Shown: positions 28,861 through 37,508 of the stretch, piece by piece | Numbering within the stretch: the first letter of the stretch is position 1 | Layout: each line of letters begins with the position of its first letter | Made by a program: the position numbers and the translations under genes | NCBI GenBank assembly: GCA_036389795.1 | Contig: DASVWD010000057.1 | Location: 22,681-86,680 of the forward strand | Reading direction: 5' to 3' | Source of the DNA: Longimicrobium sp. | GTDB lineage: Bacteria > Gemmatimonadota > Gemmatimonadetes > Longimicrobiales > Longimicrobiaceae | DNA length: 64,000 bases | The notes under the pieces: model-generated | Seen by the model: the letters and a program-made list of their open reading frames with translations, nothing else | What the model was told of the DNA's origin: nothing | Database searches by the model: none

Positions 28861-29334
28861 ATGCCCCTGCCGATCCCCCCCGAGTTCGAGCGCGCCGTGC
28901 TGGAGCGCGTCCGCTCCGGCCGCTACGCCTCCACCGAGGAAGTGCTGCAGGCGTGCCTGGAAGGTCTGGAGATGCTGGAGGAGGCGGATGAAGATCTCCG
29001 GCGCGAGCTCCAGGCCGGCAAGGAGGAACTGGAGCGTGGAGAGCGGCTGTCGCGAGAAGAGGTGCTGGCGCGGCTGCGTGAGGCCCGAACGCGCCCAGAG
29101 CTTCGCCGCTTTGTCGAAGAGCAGGTAGAGTCGGGCCGGTTCAACTCCACCCGCGACGTGGTGGAAGCCGGACTGGTTCTGCTGCAGCAGGAGCAGCCAC
29201 GGTTTGATGAAGAACTCGAGGCGCTCCGACGCGAGATCGATCTGGGAATCGAGAGCGCTGAACGCGACGAGCTCATCCCGGGAGACGAGGTCGTCGCCCG
29301 CATTCGTGCCAGGTTCGGAGGGGCGGCCCGCTGA
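28861..29334 (+). CDS. parD: ParD-type antitoxin, tandem duplication of the ParD module
   Basis: AGGAG Shine-Dalgarno. Module 1 is ...VLERVRSGRYASTEEVLQACLEGL...; module 2 is ...FVEEQVESGRFNSTRDVVEAGLVLL... 157 aa. Confidence 0.8.
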   Translation: MPLPIPPEFERAVLERVRSGRYASTEEVLQACLEGLEMLEEADEDLRRELQAGKEELERGERLSREEVLARLREARTRPELRRFVEEQVESGRFNSTRDVVEAGLVLLQQEQPRFDEELEALRREIDLGIESAERDELIPGDEVVARIRARFGGAAR

Positions 29335-29636
29335 GAAACTGGCACTTCACCGCCAAGGCGTTCCGGGATTTCGAATCCGCTGCCACTTACCTCGAACAGC
29401 ATGCGGTCAGTGCAACCGGAGCCGCGCACCTCGCGGATTCCATCATTGCCGCGTGCGACCTCCTCGGAGAGTCGCCGCTGATCGGCACGCCTCGCCCCGA
29501 GCTCCGCCGCGGCTTACGAAGCTTTGCGGTGAACCCGTATACCTTGTTTTATCGTGTGATTCGAGGTGAGGTGGAGATCGTGCGAGTCCTCCACCAGCGG
29601 CAGGATATCGCGAGGGAGTTCGGGAAGAAGCGCTAA
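29331..29636 (+). CDS. parE: ParE/RelE-family toxin with no ATG/GTG/TTG start (CTG overlapping the parD stop); not in the ORF track
   Basis: Hand translation: LRNWHFTAKAFRDFESAATYLEQHAVSATGAAHLADSIIAACDLLGESPLIGTPRPELRRGLRSFAVNPYTLFYRVIRGEVEIVRVLHQRQDIAREFGKKR, stop TAA at 29634-29636. The frame is closed by a TGA at 29259. Confidence 0.75.
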   Translation: MRNWHFTAKAFRDFESAATYLEQHAVSATGAAHLADSIIAACDLLGESPLIGTPRPELRRGLRSFAVNPYTLFYRVIRGEVEIVRVLHQRQDIAREFGKKR

Positions 29637-29646
29637 TCCGCCAGGC

Positions 29647-30405
29647 TCATCCGCCCGCCCCGAACCGTCCCGTGCGCAGGAAGCGCAGGGTGAGGTCGCG
29701 CACGTCGCGGCGGTTCATGATGAAGGAGTGGGCGGCGGGGACCACCACGTGGTCGCGCTCGCCGGCGAGGTGCGTCTCGTCGACGCTCACCTTACCGTCG
29801 TGCGCGCCGGCGATCACGCCCACGTCGACGCCGCGGGGCGCGGGGAGGGTGCGGACGGTGCTCCCCGGCGCCGTGCGCAGCTCCTCGATCGGCGGCATCA
29901 GCCAGGCGGCGTAGCGGGCGTAGCGGTCCGCGGCGGCGGCGCCCTGGTTGGGCGGGGCCAGCATGACCACGCGGCCGGCGCGCGCGGGCGGCTCGTGCGC
30001 CAGCGCCCAGCGGACGATCACGTTCCCCAGGCTGTGGCCCACGAAGTGGACCTTCGGCGCGCGGCCGAGCTCCCCGGACACGTCGCGGGCGAGCCGGGCG
30101 CCCAGCGCGGGCACCGGGTCCGAGTAGCTGGAGTAGCCCCAGTTGAGCACGCGGTAGCCCTCCGCCTCCAGCGAGCGCCCCAGCAGCCACATCGACGCGC
30201 GCGAGCGTCCCATCCCGTGCACCAGCACCACCAGCTCGCGCCGGTCGTCCGGCCCCGCCGGCTCGCCCGTCAGGTCCGACGCGACGTACCCCGCCGTGGC
30301 GCCCGTCACCCCCAGCGCCACGCAGGCGCCGACGGCGAGCCGGCGCAGCAGCGGCCGGATCGTCGTTACGTCAGAGTCTCTCCCGCCGACGGGTTTCTTC
30401 ATCAT
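29647..30405 (-). CDS. Alpha/beta-fold hydrolase (lipase/esterase-like), membrane-anchored or secreted
   Basis: Motifs VVLVHGMG and GHSLG (nucleophile elbow). The start among clustered Met codons (30402-30456) is uncertain. Confidence 0.8.
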   Translation of the reverse strand: MMKKPVGGRDSDVTTIRPLLRRLAVGACVALGVTGATAGYVASDLTGEPAGPDDRRELVVLVHGMGRSRASMWLLGRSLEAEGYRVLNWGYSSYSDPVPALGARLARDVSGELGRAPKVHFVGHSLGNVIVRWALAHEPPARAGRVVMLAPPNQGAAAADRYARYAAWLMPPIEELRTAPGSTVRTLPAPRGVDVGVIAGAHDGKVSVDETHLAGERDHVVVPAAHSFIMNRRDVRDLTLRFLRTGRFGAGG

Positions 30406-30508
30406 CCAACGAAGCATCTGCGCACTCCAGGGGCGAAAACGCCTCGCCCCAAACACCCACCCGCGCGGATGGTTCCCCGATCACCCGGAGTCGCCCCCGC
30501 GAGCGGTT

Positions 30509-30597
30509 GAAGCCTCGCCCGCGTTGAGCCTGCACCTGCGTGGAAGCTGGTCGGCGAGGCTTTCCGCAGTTGTTGCCGCAGCTTCAGCCGCCTTTCG
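30509..30597. repeat. Repeat family G copy 2 plus GCCTCGCC/GGCGAGGC arms
   Basis: Core GTTGTTGCCGCAGCTTCAGCCGCCTT. Ends 6 nt from the uvrD stop. Confidence 0.7.
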
Positions 30598-30602
30598 CCC
30601 CC

Positions 30603-32909
30603 TCAGTCGTACTCCGGCTGCAGGTTGGCGTACTTGAGCACCACCGTCTTCCGCCCCACCCCGTCGAAGTCGATCGCCGCCTTCACGTCCGTCCCGAAGC
30701 CGCTGAGCTCCGCCACCGTCCCCGCCCCGAACTGCGGGTGCCGCACCCGCGCGCCCTTCCGCAGCGAGGGCGTCTCCTGCGAGTCGGAGTAGTCCACCTG
30801 GTAGGTCGGGTCCTCCGGCTCCGGCCTGGGCGCCGCGAAGCCCAGCCGCTGGCGCCGGGTGCCGAACGCGCCGGCGGGCGACTTCCACGGCTGCGCGTAG
30901 CTCGGCGCGCGCTCGTAGGTGCGCTCCGTGTGCCGCACGTCCAGCAGGTCCTTCGGCACCGATTCCAGGAACGACGACGGCACCGAGTCCATCCACTGCC
31001 CCCCGCGGCGGCGGCGCCGCGCGTACGCCAGGTACAGCTTCCGCTCCGCCCGCGTCACCCCCACGTAGAAGAGCCGCCGCTCCTCTTCCAGCTGCTCGCG
31101 CTCGTCCATCGCCCGGATGAGCGGGAAGAGCCCCTCCTCCAGCCCGGTGATGTAGACCACCGGGAACTCCAGCCCCTTCGCGTTGTGCAGCGTCATCAGC
31201 GACACCGCGTCGGCGTTCGGGTCGTGCTGGTCGATGTCCGCAATCAGCGCCACGTGCGCCAGGAACAGGTCGATGGCGCGCGGCGCCGCCTGCCCCGCCT
31301 CCTCCAGCTCCCGCATCAGCTCCGGGTCCTCCTCCACCAGGCGCGCCTCCAGCTCCGCCGCGCCCGCGATCAGCTCCTCCACGTTGTCGATGCGGTCCTT
31401 CCCCTCGGGCCCCTCCTGCTTGAGCGACTCGATCAGCCCCGATTCGACGACGATCGACCGCAGCACCTCCGCCAGCGGCAGCCGGTCCGCCACCGCCGCG
31501 TGCTTGGCGACCAGCCCGGCAAGCTCCGCCAGCGCCAGCGACGCCCGCCCGCGGATCTCCTCGATCTCCCCGGTGCGCTCGGCCGCCGCCAGCAGCGGCA
31601 GGCCGCGCTTCGACGCCCACTCCGCCAGGCGGGCCACCGACGTGTCGCCGATCCCGCGCTTGGGCACGTTCACGATGCGCAGGAACGCCTCGTCCGACGC
31701 CGGGTTCGCCACCAGGCGCAGGTAGGCCAGCGCGTCCTTGATCTCGCGCCGCTCGTAGAAGCGCGTCCCCCCGATCACCCGGTACGCCAGCCGCTCGCGC
31801 CTGAGACCTTCCTCGAGGGCCCGCGACTGCGCGTTGGTGCGGTAGAGCACCACGAAGTCGCGGAGCTTCAGCCGGCGGTCGTCGCCGCGACGCAGCTGGA
31901 TCTCCTCCGCCACCCAGCGCGCCTCGTCCAGCTCGTCGGCCGCCTCCACCAGCGTGAGCGGCTCGCCCGCCGGGTTGTCGGTGCGCAGAGTCTTCCCCTT
32001 GCGCTTGACGTTCTCCGCGATCACCCGGTTGGCCGCGTCAAGGATGCGCTGCGTGGAGCGGTAGTTCTGCTCCAGCCGCACCACCCGCGCGGCCGGGAAG
32101 TCCTTCTCGAAGTCCAGGATGTTGCGGATGTCCGCCCCCCGCCACCCGTAGATCGACTGGTCGTCGTCGCCCACCACGAAGAGGTTGGCGTGCTCCTCCG
32201 CCAGGAGCTTGAGGAACACGTACTGCGCGCGGTTGGTGTCCTGGTACTCGTCCACCAGGATGAACTGGAAGCGCTCGCGGTAGCGCCCGAGCACCCGCTC
32301 GTCGCCGCGCAGCAGCTCCACCGGCTTGACCAGGAGGTCGTCGAAGTCGAAGGCGTTCGCGTCGCGCAGCGCCTTCTGGTAGAGCGGGTAGACCTCCGCC
32401 ACCCGCTGCTGGAAGATGTCGAACGCCGTCCGCGCGTACTCGTCGGGCGAGACCAGCTCGTTCTTGGCCGACGAGATGGCGTGGTGAATCGCCTTGGGGG
32501 CCCAGCGCTTCACGTCCAGCCGCAGCTCGTCCCGCACGATGCGGCGGGTGAGGCTCTCCGTGTCCTCCGCGTCGTACACCTGGAAGCCGGGCGTCCACCC
32601 CAGGCGGGTGGCGTCGCGCCGGAGCATCCGCGCGCCGATGGCGTGGAAGGTCCCGATCCACATCCCCGCCGGCTCCTTCCCCAGGAGGTGGCGCACCCGC
32701 TCGCGCATCTCCCCGGCCGCCTTGTTGGTGAAGGTGAGCGCCAGGATCGCCTGCGGGTCCACCCCCATCTCGTCGATCAGCCAGGAGATGCGGTGGGTGA
32801 GCACGCGCGTCTTGCCGGAACCGGCGCCGGCCAGCACCAGCAGCGGCCCCTCGAAGTGCGTGGCCGCCTCGCGCTGCTCGGGGTTCAGGTGGGAGAGGTC
32901 TACGGGCAT
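30603..32909 (-). CDS. uvrD: ATP-dependent DNA helicase UvrD/PcrA
   Basis: 768 aa. Motifs LNPEQREA, AGAGSGKT, DEYQDTN and the other superfamily 1 motifs. Confidence 0.95.
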   Translation of the reverse strand: MPVDLSHLNPEQREAATHFEGPLLVLAGAGSGKTRVLTHRISWLIDEMGVDPQAILALTFTNKAAGEMRERVRHLLGKEPAGMWIGTFHAIGARMLRRDATRLGWTPGFQVYDAEDTESLTRRIVRDELRLDVKRWAPKAIHHAISSAKNELVSPDEYARTAFDIFQQRVAEVYPLYQKALRDANAFDFDDLLVKPVELLRGDERVLGRYRERFQFILVDEYQDTNRAQYVFLKLLAEEHANLFVVGDDDQSIYGWRGADIRNILDFEKDFPAARVVRLEQNYRSTQRILDAANRVIAENVKRKGKTLRTDNPAGEPLTLVEAADELDEARWVAEEIQLRRGDDRRLKLRDFVVLYRTNAQSRALEEGLRRERLAYRVIGGTRFYERREIKDALAYLRLVANPASDEAFLRIVNVPKRGIGDTSVARLAEWASKRGLPLLAAAERTGEIEEIRGRASLALAELAGLVAKHAAVADRLPLAEVLRSIVVESGLIESLKQEGPEGKDRIDNVEELIAGAAELEARLVEEDPELMRELEEAGQAAPRAIDLFLAHVALIADIDQHDPNADAVSLMTLHNAKGLEFPVVYITGLEEGLFPLIRAMDEREQLEEERRLFYVGVTRAERKLYLAYARRRRRGGQWMDSVPSSFLESVPKDLLDVRHTERTYERAPSYAQPWKSPAGAFGTRRQRLGFAAPRPEPEDPTYQVDYSDSQETPSLRKGARVRHPQFGAGTVAELSGFGTDVKAAIDFDGVGRKTVVLKYANLQPEYD

Positions 32910-32957
32910 CTATGGATTTTATCGAGATCGATCGCGCTCAGGATCGGCACCGACCCC

Positions 32958-32996
32958 GAGTACTTTCGCACTTTCGCACTCACGCACTTCCGCACC
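32958..32996. repeat. Repeat family C copy (tandem octamers, reverse orientation)
   Basis: Sequence TACTTTCG-CACTTTCG-CACTCACG-CACTTCCG-CACC. Confidence 0.7.
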
Positions 32997-33005
32997 GCGG
33001 TTCTG

Positions 33006-33180
33006 GGCGTGTCCCTCCGCTGCGCTCCGGGCCGGGCTGCGCCCTCCGGGCGCGCATCCCTCACGCAAACTGCGGGTGACAGGGAACAGCCACCCGATCC
33101 CGCCCTTCCACCGAAGGCGTAAAGTCCACCCTCTCCCAAGCTTGGGAGAGGGTTGCCGCTCTAAGGCGGCGGGTGAGGGC
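33006..33180. repeat. Composite REP-like element E copy 1
   Basis: Shares GGCGTGTCCC..GGGCCGGGCTGCGC, CCCTCCGGGCGCGCATCCCTCACGC and AAAGT..CCCTCTCCC-N6-GGGAGAGGGT...GGGTGAGGGC with 62527-62823. Confidence 0.75.
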
Positions 33181-33274
33181 TGCGCGGGGGCTGCCTCCCC
33201 GCACCATCCTCGTCCCGCCCGTCGCGCGCAGCGCCGAAGTCCCTCTCCCGCGCGGCGGGGGAGGGACAGGCGCC

Positions 33275-34585
33275 TCAGGCGCCAGGGAGGGGGCCCCCCG
33301 CGGACGCCCCGTCCGCCGCCCCCCCGTCCGCCCCCGCCTCCTGCGGCTGCGGGCGGAAGCGGAACGGCCGGCGCAGCGAGCGTGGATCGCTGTCCGGCTG
33401 CGGCGCGGCGGGGAGCACCATCACGAAGGTGGCGCCCTTCTCCGTCGGCGCCAGGTACAGCCGCCCCCCGTGCACGTCCTCCACGATCCGCCGCGCCAGC
33501 GAGAGCCCTACCCCCCACCCCCCCTTCTTGGTGCTCACCCCGGGGTCGAAGAGCGTCTTGCGCACCGCCGGCGCCACCCCCGGCCCGTCGTCCACCACCC
33601 GCACCTCCACGCGCCGGTCCGACTGCGCCTGCGCCTCCACGGTGATGGTGCCCCCCGATCCCGCCAGCGCGTCCAGCGCGTTCTTGATCAGGTTCTCCAG
33701 CGCCCACTCCAGCAGGATGGCGTTCCCCAGCGCCGGCGGCGTCCCGTCGGCCACGTCCACCCGCAGCTCCACGCTGCGGCGGAGCTGCGGCAGGCGCACC
33801 CGCACGTAGCGCTCCAGCACCCTGAGCAGCGGCCGCACCTCCACGGCCTCCGTCTGCACCGGCCGGCCGATCCACTCGAAGCGCCGCGCCACCTTCTCCA
33901 GCCGGTCCAGGTCCGCCTCCATCTCCGCCGCCACCGCGGGGAGGCTCGCCATGTCCTCGCGCTCCTCCTCCGGCAGCCGCAGGATCTCCACCCACCCGGC
34001 CAGCGACGAGAGCGGCGTGGCCATCTGGTGCGCCGACTCGCGCGCCATCGCCGCCCAGATCCGCTCGCGCTCGGTGCGGAAGTTGTGGCGCACCATCCAG
34101 GCGGCCGCCACCAGCAGGCACACCATCGCCCCCACCTGCAGCCAGGGGATCACCCGCAGCCGGCGCACCGTGGGGGCGTCGCCGTAGTAGAGCGTCCCCA
34201 GCCCCGGCTCGGTGACCGGCGGGTGCCCCTGGGCCAGCCGGCGGGCGTGCTCCAGCACCCGCACCACGTCGGCCGAGTCGCCCAGGTCCGGCTCGTACCC
34301 CAGGTTCAGCGCCGTGACCGGGTACCCCTCGTTGTCGGTGAGGATGATCGGGAAGTCCAGGCTCACCACCTCGCCCGAGAGCTCCAGGAGCGTCTCGTTC
34401 GGGTTCTTGGCCGGGTCGGTGAGGCCCGTGTACAGCGTGGCCACGATCCGCGAGTGCACCGCCGCCTCGCGCCGCATCTCGCGCACCAGGATCTGGCTGT
34501 ACACCAGGTACCAGGCCAGCACCAGCGCCGCCAGCAGCCCGAAGGCCGTGGGGAGGTGGCGGCGGGGGAAGCGCGGCAAGGGCAC
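33275..34585 (-). CDS. Sensor histidine kinase
   Basis: Two TM segments. H-box SAHQMATPLSSL. N, G1 and G2 boxes (NALDAL, DDGPGV, GWGVGLSLA). Confidence 0.9.
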   Translation of the reverse strand: MPLPRFPRRHLPTAFGLLAALVLAWYLVYSQILVREMRREAAVHSRIVATLYTGLTDPAKNPNETLLELSGEVVSLDFPIILTDNEGYPVTALNLGYEPDLGDSADVVRVLEHARRLAQGHPPVTEPGLGTLYYGDAPTVRRLRVIPWLQVGAMVCLLVAAAWMVRHNFRTERERIWAAMARESAHQMATPLSSLAGWVEILRLPEEEREDMASLPAVAAEMEADLDRLEKVARRFEWIGRPVQTEAVEVRPLLRVLERYVRVRLPQLRRSVELRVDVADGTPPALGNAILLEWALENLIKNALDALAGSGGTITVEAQAQSDRRVEVRVVDDGPGVAPAVRKTLFDPGVSTKKGGWGVGLSLARRIVEDVHGGRLYLAPTEKGATFVMVLPAAPQPDSDPRSLRRPFRFRPQPQEAGADGGAADGASAGGPLPGA

Positions 34586-34680
34586 TCAGGCGCTCCGGGA
34601 GGAGGACGGCCGGCGCGGAGCGGGGCTGCGCATGGGCAGGGCCGGGAGCGGCGCGCCGGGGAGGCGCGCCGCCCGGGGGC

Positions 34681-35970
34681 TCAGGGGGCGGCGATGCGGT
34701 CGGTGCACAGGTACGGCACGAGCGCCGCCGGCACGCGCACCGAGCCGTCCGCCTGCTGGTGGTTCTCCAGCAGGGCCGCCACCGTGCGCGGCAGCGCCAC
34801 CCCCGAGGCGTTCAGCGTGTGCACCGGCTCGGGCTTCGCCCCCGGCTGCGGCCGGTGGCGGATCTGGGCGCGGCGCGCCTGGAAGTCGCGGCAGTTGCTG
34901 GCGCTGGAGACCTCCAGCCACTTCTCCACCCCCGGCGCCCACACCTCCAGGTCGTACGTCTTGCTCGCCGAGAACCCCACGTCGCCCGCCGCCAGCACGA
35001 TCACCCGGTACGGCAGCTCCAGCAGCTGCAGCACGCGCTCGGCGTGGGCCGTGAGCCGCTCCAGCGCGGCTTCCGAGTCCTCCGGCCGCTCGAAGCGCAC
35101 CATCTCCACCTTGTCGAACTGGTGCACCCGGAGCAGCCCGCGCGTGTCCTTCCCCGCCGCCCCCGCCTCGCGCCGGAAGCACGGCGAGTACGCCGCGTAG
35201 GCGATCGGGAGCCGCTCGCCGTCCAGAATCTCGTCGCGGTGGAAGTTGGTGACCGGCACCTCCGCCGTGGGGATCAGGTACAGCCCGTCCTCCTCCACGA
35301 AGTAGGCGTCGCCGTCCTCCACGAACTTGGGGTACTGCCCGGTCCCCTGCATCGAGTCGCGCGTGACCACGAAGGGCGGCTCCACCTCGGTGTAGCCGTG
35401 CTCGCGCGTGTGCAGGTCCAGCATGAAGTTGACGAGCGCCCGCTGCAGCCGCGCGCCCAGCCCCCTGTAGACCGGGAAGCCGCTCCCCGCCACCTTGGCC
35501 CCGACTGGCAGGTCCAGCATCCCCAGCGCCGCGCCCAGCTCCCAGTGCGGCCTCGGCGCGAAGTCGAAGCGGCGCGGCTCGCCCCAGGCGCGCACCACGG
35601 CGTTCGCCTCCTCGCCGCCGTCCGGGAGCGAGGGGTCGGGGAGGTTGGGGAGCCGGAGCAGGATCCGCTCGATCTCCCCCTCCACCTCGCGGAGCCGCGC
35701 GTCGATCTCCCGGATGCGCTCGTTCACCCCGCGCATCTCGGCGATCAGGTCGTCGGCCCCCCCGCCGCGGCGCTTGCGCTCGGCCACCTCCTGGGAGACG
35801 GCGTTGCGGCGGGCCTTCTTCTCGTCGCCCTCGGCGATCAGCGCGCGCCGCTCCGCGTCGAGCGCCAGCACGCGCTCCACGGCGGGGCCGGTCTCGGCGT
35901 CGGCGCCGCGGCGGGCCAGCGCGGCGCGGACCGCCGACGGGTCCTGGCGGATCAGGCGCAGGTCCAGCAT
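34681..35970 (-). CDS. serS: Serine--tRNA ligase
   Basis: 429 aa. Sequence MLDLRLIR...; class II motifs. Confidence 0.97.
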   Translation of the reverse strand: MLDLRLIRQDPSAVRAALARRGADAETGPAVERVLALDAERRALIAEGDEKKARRNAVSQEVAERKRRGGGADDLIAEMRGVNERIREIDARLREVEGEIERILLRLPNLPDPSLPDGGEEANAVVRAWGEPRRFDFAPRPHWELGAALGMLDLPVGAKVAGSGFPVYRGLGARLQRALVNFMLDLHTREHGYTEVEPPFVVTRDSMQGTGQYPKFVEDGDAYFVEEDGLYLIPTAEVPVTNFHRDEILDGERLPIAYAAYSPCFRREAGAAGKDTRGLLRVHQFDKVEMVRFERPEDSEAALERLTAHAERVLQLLELPYRVIVLAAGDVGFSASKTYDLEVWAPGVEKWLEVSSASNCRDFQARRAQIRHRPQPGAKPEPVHTLNASGVALPRTVAALLENHQQADGSVRVPAALVPYLCTDRIAAP

Positions 35971-35971
35971 G

Positions 35972-36526
35972 TCAGAACGTGAGCCGCTCGTCGTCGCAGT
36001 TCTGGTTGCTGCGCACCGCCACCGTGGCCGTCCCCGCGGCGGCGTCCACCGACAGCACCTTGATCACCGCGTACTTCGGCGTCAGGCAGTTCGAGGTCTC
36101 GCGCGTCTGCACGAAGTACGTCTGCCCCACCGTGATCGCGACCCGGGTGCGCGTGTAGTCCTCGCGGCCGCGCGGGGCCGAGTCGGCGTCGTCGAAGCCC
36201 TCGCTGGTGGGGGCGAGCCCCGCGCCGCGCCGGCTCCCCACCTGCGGGAAGGGGGCGAACGAGAACGCCGCGCCCTCCTGGCGCAGCTGGAGGTCCCACG
36301 ACTGCGCGTCCACCGGCAGCTCGGGGCGGCGCAGGGCGTTGAGGACGGCCAGGTCGATGGCGCTCGGCAGCGTGCTGGCCGAAGTCGGCGCGGCCAGCGT
36401 CACGGTGTCGGGGAGGAGCTGCGGGTCGAAGCCCAGCGGGTCGTCGCAGCCGGCGAGCGCGGCCGAGGCGGCGAAAAGCGAGAAGACCGCGAGGAAGGCG
36501 GCGCTGAAGCGGCGGGTCTTGGTCAT
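35972..36526 (-). CDS. Hypothetical lipoprotein
   Basis: Internal ATG. Sequence [27 protein letters not shown] (lipobox). High GC3. Confidence 0.65.
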   Translation of the reverse strand: MTKTRRFSAAFLAVFSLFAASAALAGCDDPLGFDPQLLPDTVTLAAPTSASTLPSAIDLAVLNALRRPELPVDAQSWDLQLRQEGAAFSFAPFPQVGSRRGAGLAPTSEGFDDADSAPRGREDYTRTRVAITVGQTYFVQTRETSNCLTPKYAVIKVLSVDAAAGTATVAVRSNQNCDDERLTF

Positions 36527-36693
36527 CGGGTTGCGGCTTGGAAAAAGTGAAGCGTCCGGCGGGCCGAACGCGAGGGTTAACCTTATCCGGCCCAACACGC
36601 TCGCGTCAAGGCCGCGGGGTTGACGGGGAAGGGCGGCGCGGGTACGTTGCTGCCCGCGGCCCGCCCCCTTCGACCCCGTTTGAGGAAACCGGC

Positions 36694-37047
36694 ATGTCCC
36701 AGCTCGACGCCGCGCTCGACGCGGTGCGCGCCCACCCGGGAGTGGAGCACGTCCTGGTGCTGGGGCGCGACGGCCTGCTCATCCAGCACGCGGGCGACGG
36801 CGCCCTCGACGCCGAGACCGTCTCGGCCATGGTGCCGGGGCTCGCCGCGGCCGCCTCCGCGCTGGGCGCGGCCGGGGGCGTCGGGAGCGCGGAGACGGTG
36901 GTGGTGCGGCTGGAGCGCGGCGTGGCCGTGGTCACGGTGCTGAGCGAGGACGTGCTCCTGGCCGTGCTGCTGGTCGCCGGCGTGGGCTTCGCGCCGCTCC
37001 TGCGCGAGCTCTCCGCGCGCCGCGGCGCGCTGGCCGCGCTGGTCTAG
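36694..37047 (+). CDS. Roadblock/LC7 (MglB-like) domain protein
   Basis: GAGGAA Shine-Dalgarno. Sequence LD..L..VRAHPGVEHVLVLGRDGLLI... 117 aa. Confidence 0.75.
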   Translation: MSQLDAALDAVRAHPGVEHVLVLGRDGLLIQHAGDGALDAETVSAMVPGLAAAASALGAAGGVGSAETVVVRLERGVAVVTVLSEDVLLAVLLVAGVGFAPLLRELSARRGALAALV

Positions 37048-37061
37048 CCCCGCCCGGGCCG

Positions 37062-37475
37062 ATGAGCGACGCCGCCGGGACCCCCGTGCGCCGCGTGCTG
37101 GTGGCCGACGACGAGCCGCACATCGGCCACATCATCCGGCTCAAGCTGGAGCAGGGCCCCTACCAGGTGGTGCTGGTCTCCGACGGGCGCGAGGCGCTGG
37201 AGCACCTGCGCGGAGGCGAGCCGATCGACCTGGTGCTGCTCGACATCATGATGCCGCACGCGTCGGGGCTCGAGGTGCTGGCCGAGGCCAGGCAGCTCGC
37301 CCACCGCCGCGACACGCCCGTCATCATCCTCACCGCCAAGGGGCAGGCCGCCGACCGCAAGCAGGCGCTGGAGCTGGGCGCCGTCGACTTCTTCACCAAG
37401 CCGTTCAGCCCCAAGAAGCTCCTGGCGCGCGTCGACGAGCTGTTCGGCGCGCCGGCGCCGGACGCCGGCGCCTAG
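37062..37475 (+). CDS. Response regulator, receiver domain only (CheY-like)
   Basis: Motifs VLVADDE, LVLLDIMMP, ILTAKG and FFTKPF. Confidence 0.9.
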   Translation: MSDAAGTPVRRVLVADDEPHIGHIIRLKLEQGPYQVVLVSDGREALEHLRGGEPIDLVLLDIMMPHASGLEVLAEARQLAHRRDTPVIILTAKGQAADRKQALELGAVDFFTKPFSPKKLLARVDELFGAPAPDAGA

Positions 37476-37508
37476 CCGGCTTCCCCGAGAGAACGCGCGG
37501 CCCCCGTT

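Noticed and set aside
29360-29385. GGGATTTCGAATCC, which resembles a tRNA T-arm
   Set aside because: There is no acceptor stem, D arm or anticodon arm around it, and it lies in frame within parE. No tRNA was recognised anywhere in the window by eye.
29204-29569. 121-aa track ORF covering the parD-parE junction
   Set aside because: It is the wrong frame. The +1-shifted frame gives a full ParE-family sequence, while this one gives Arg/Pro/Cys-rich nonsense.
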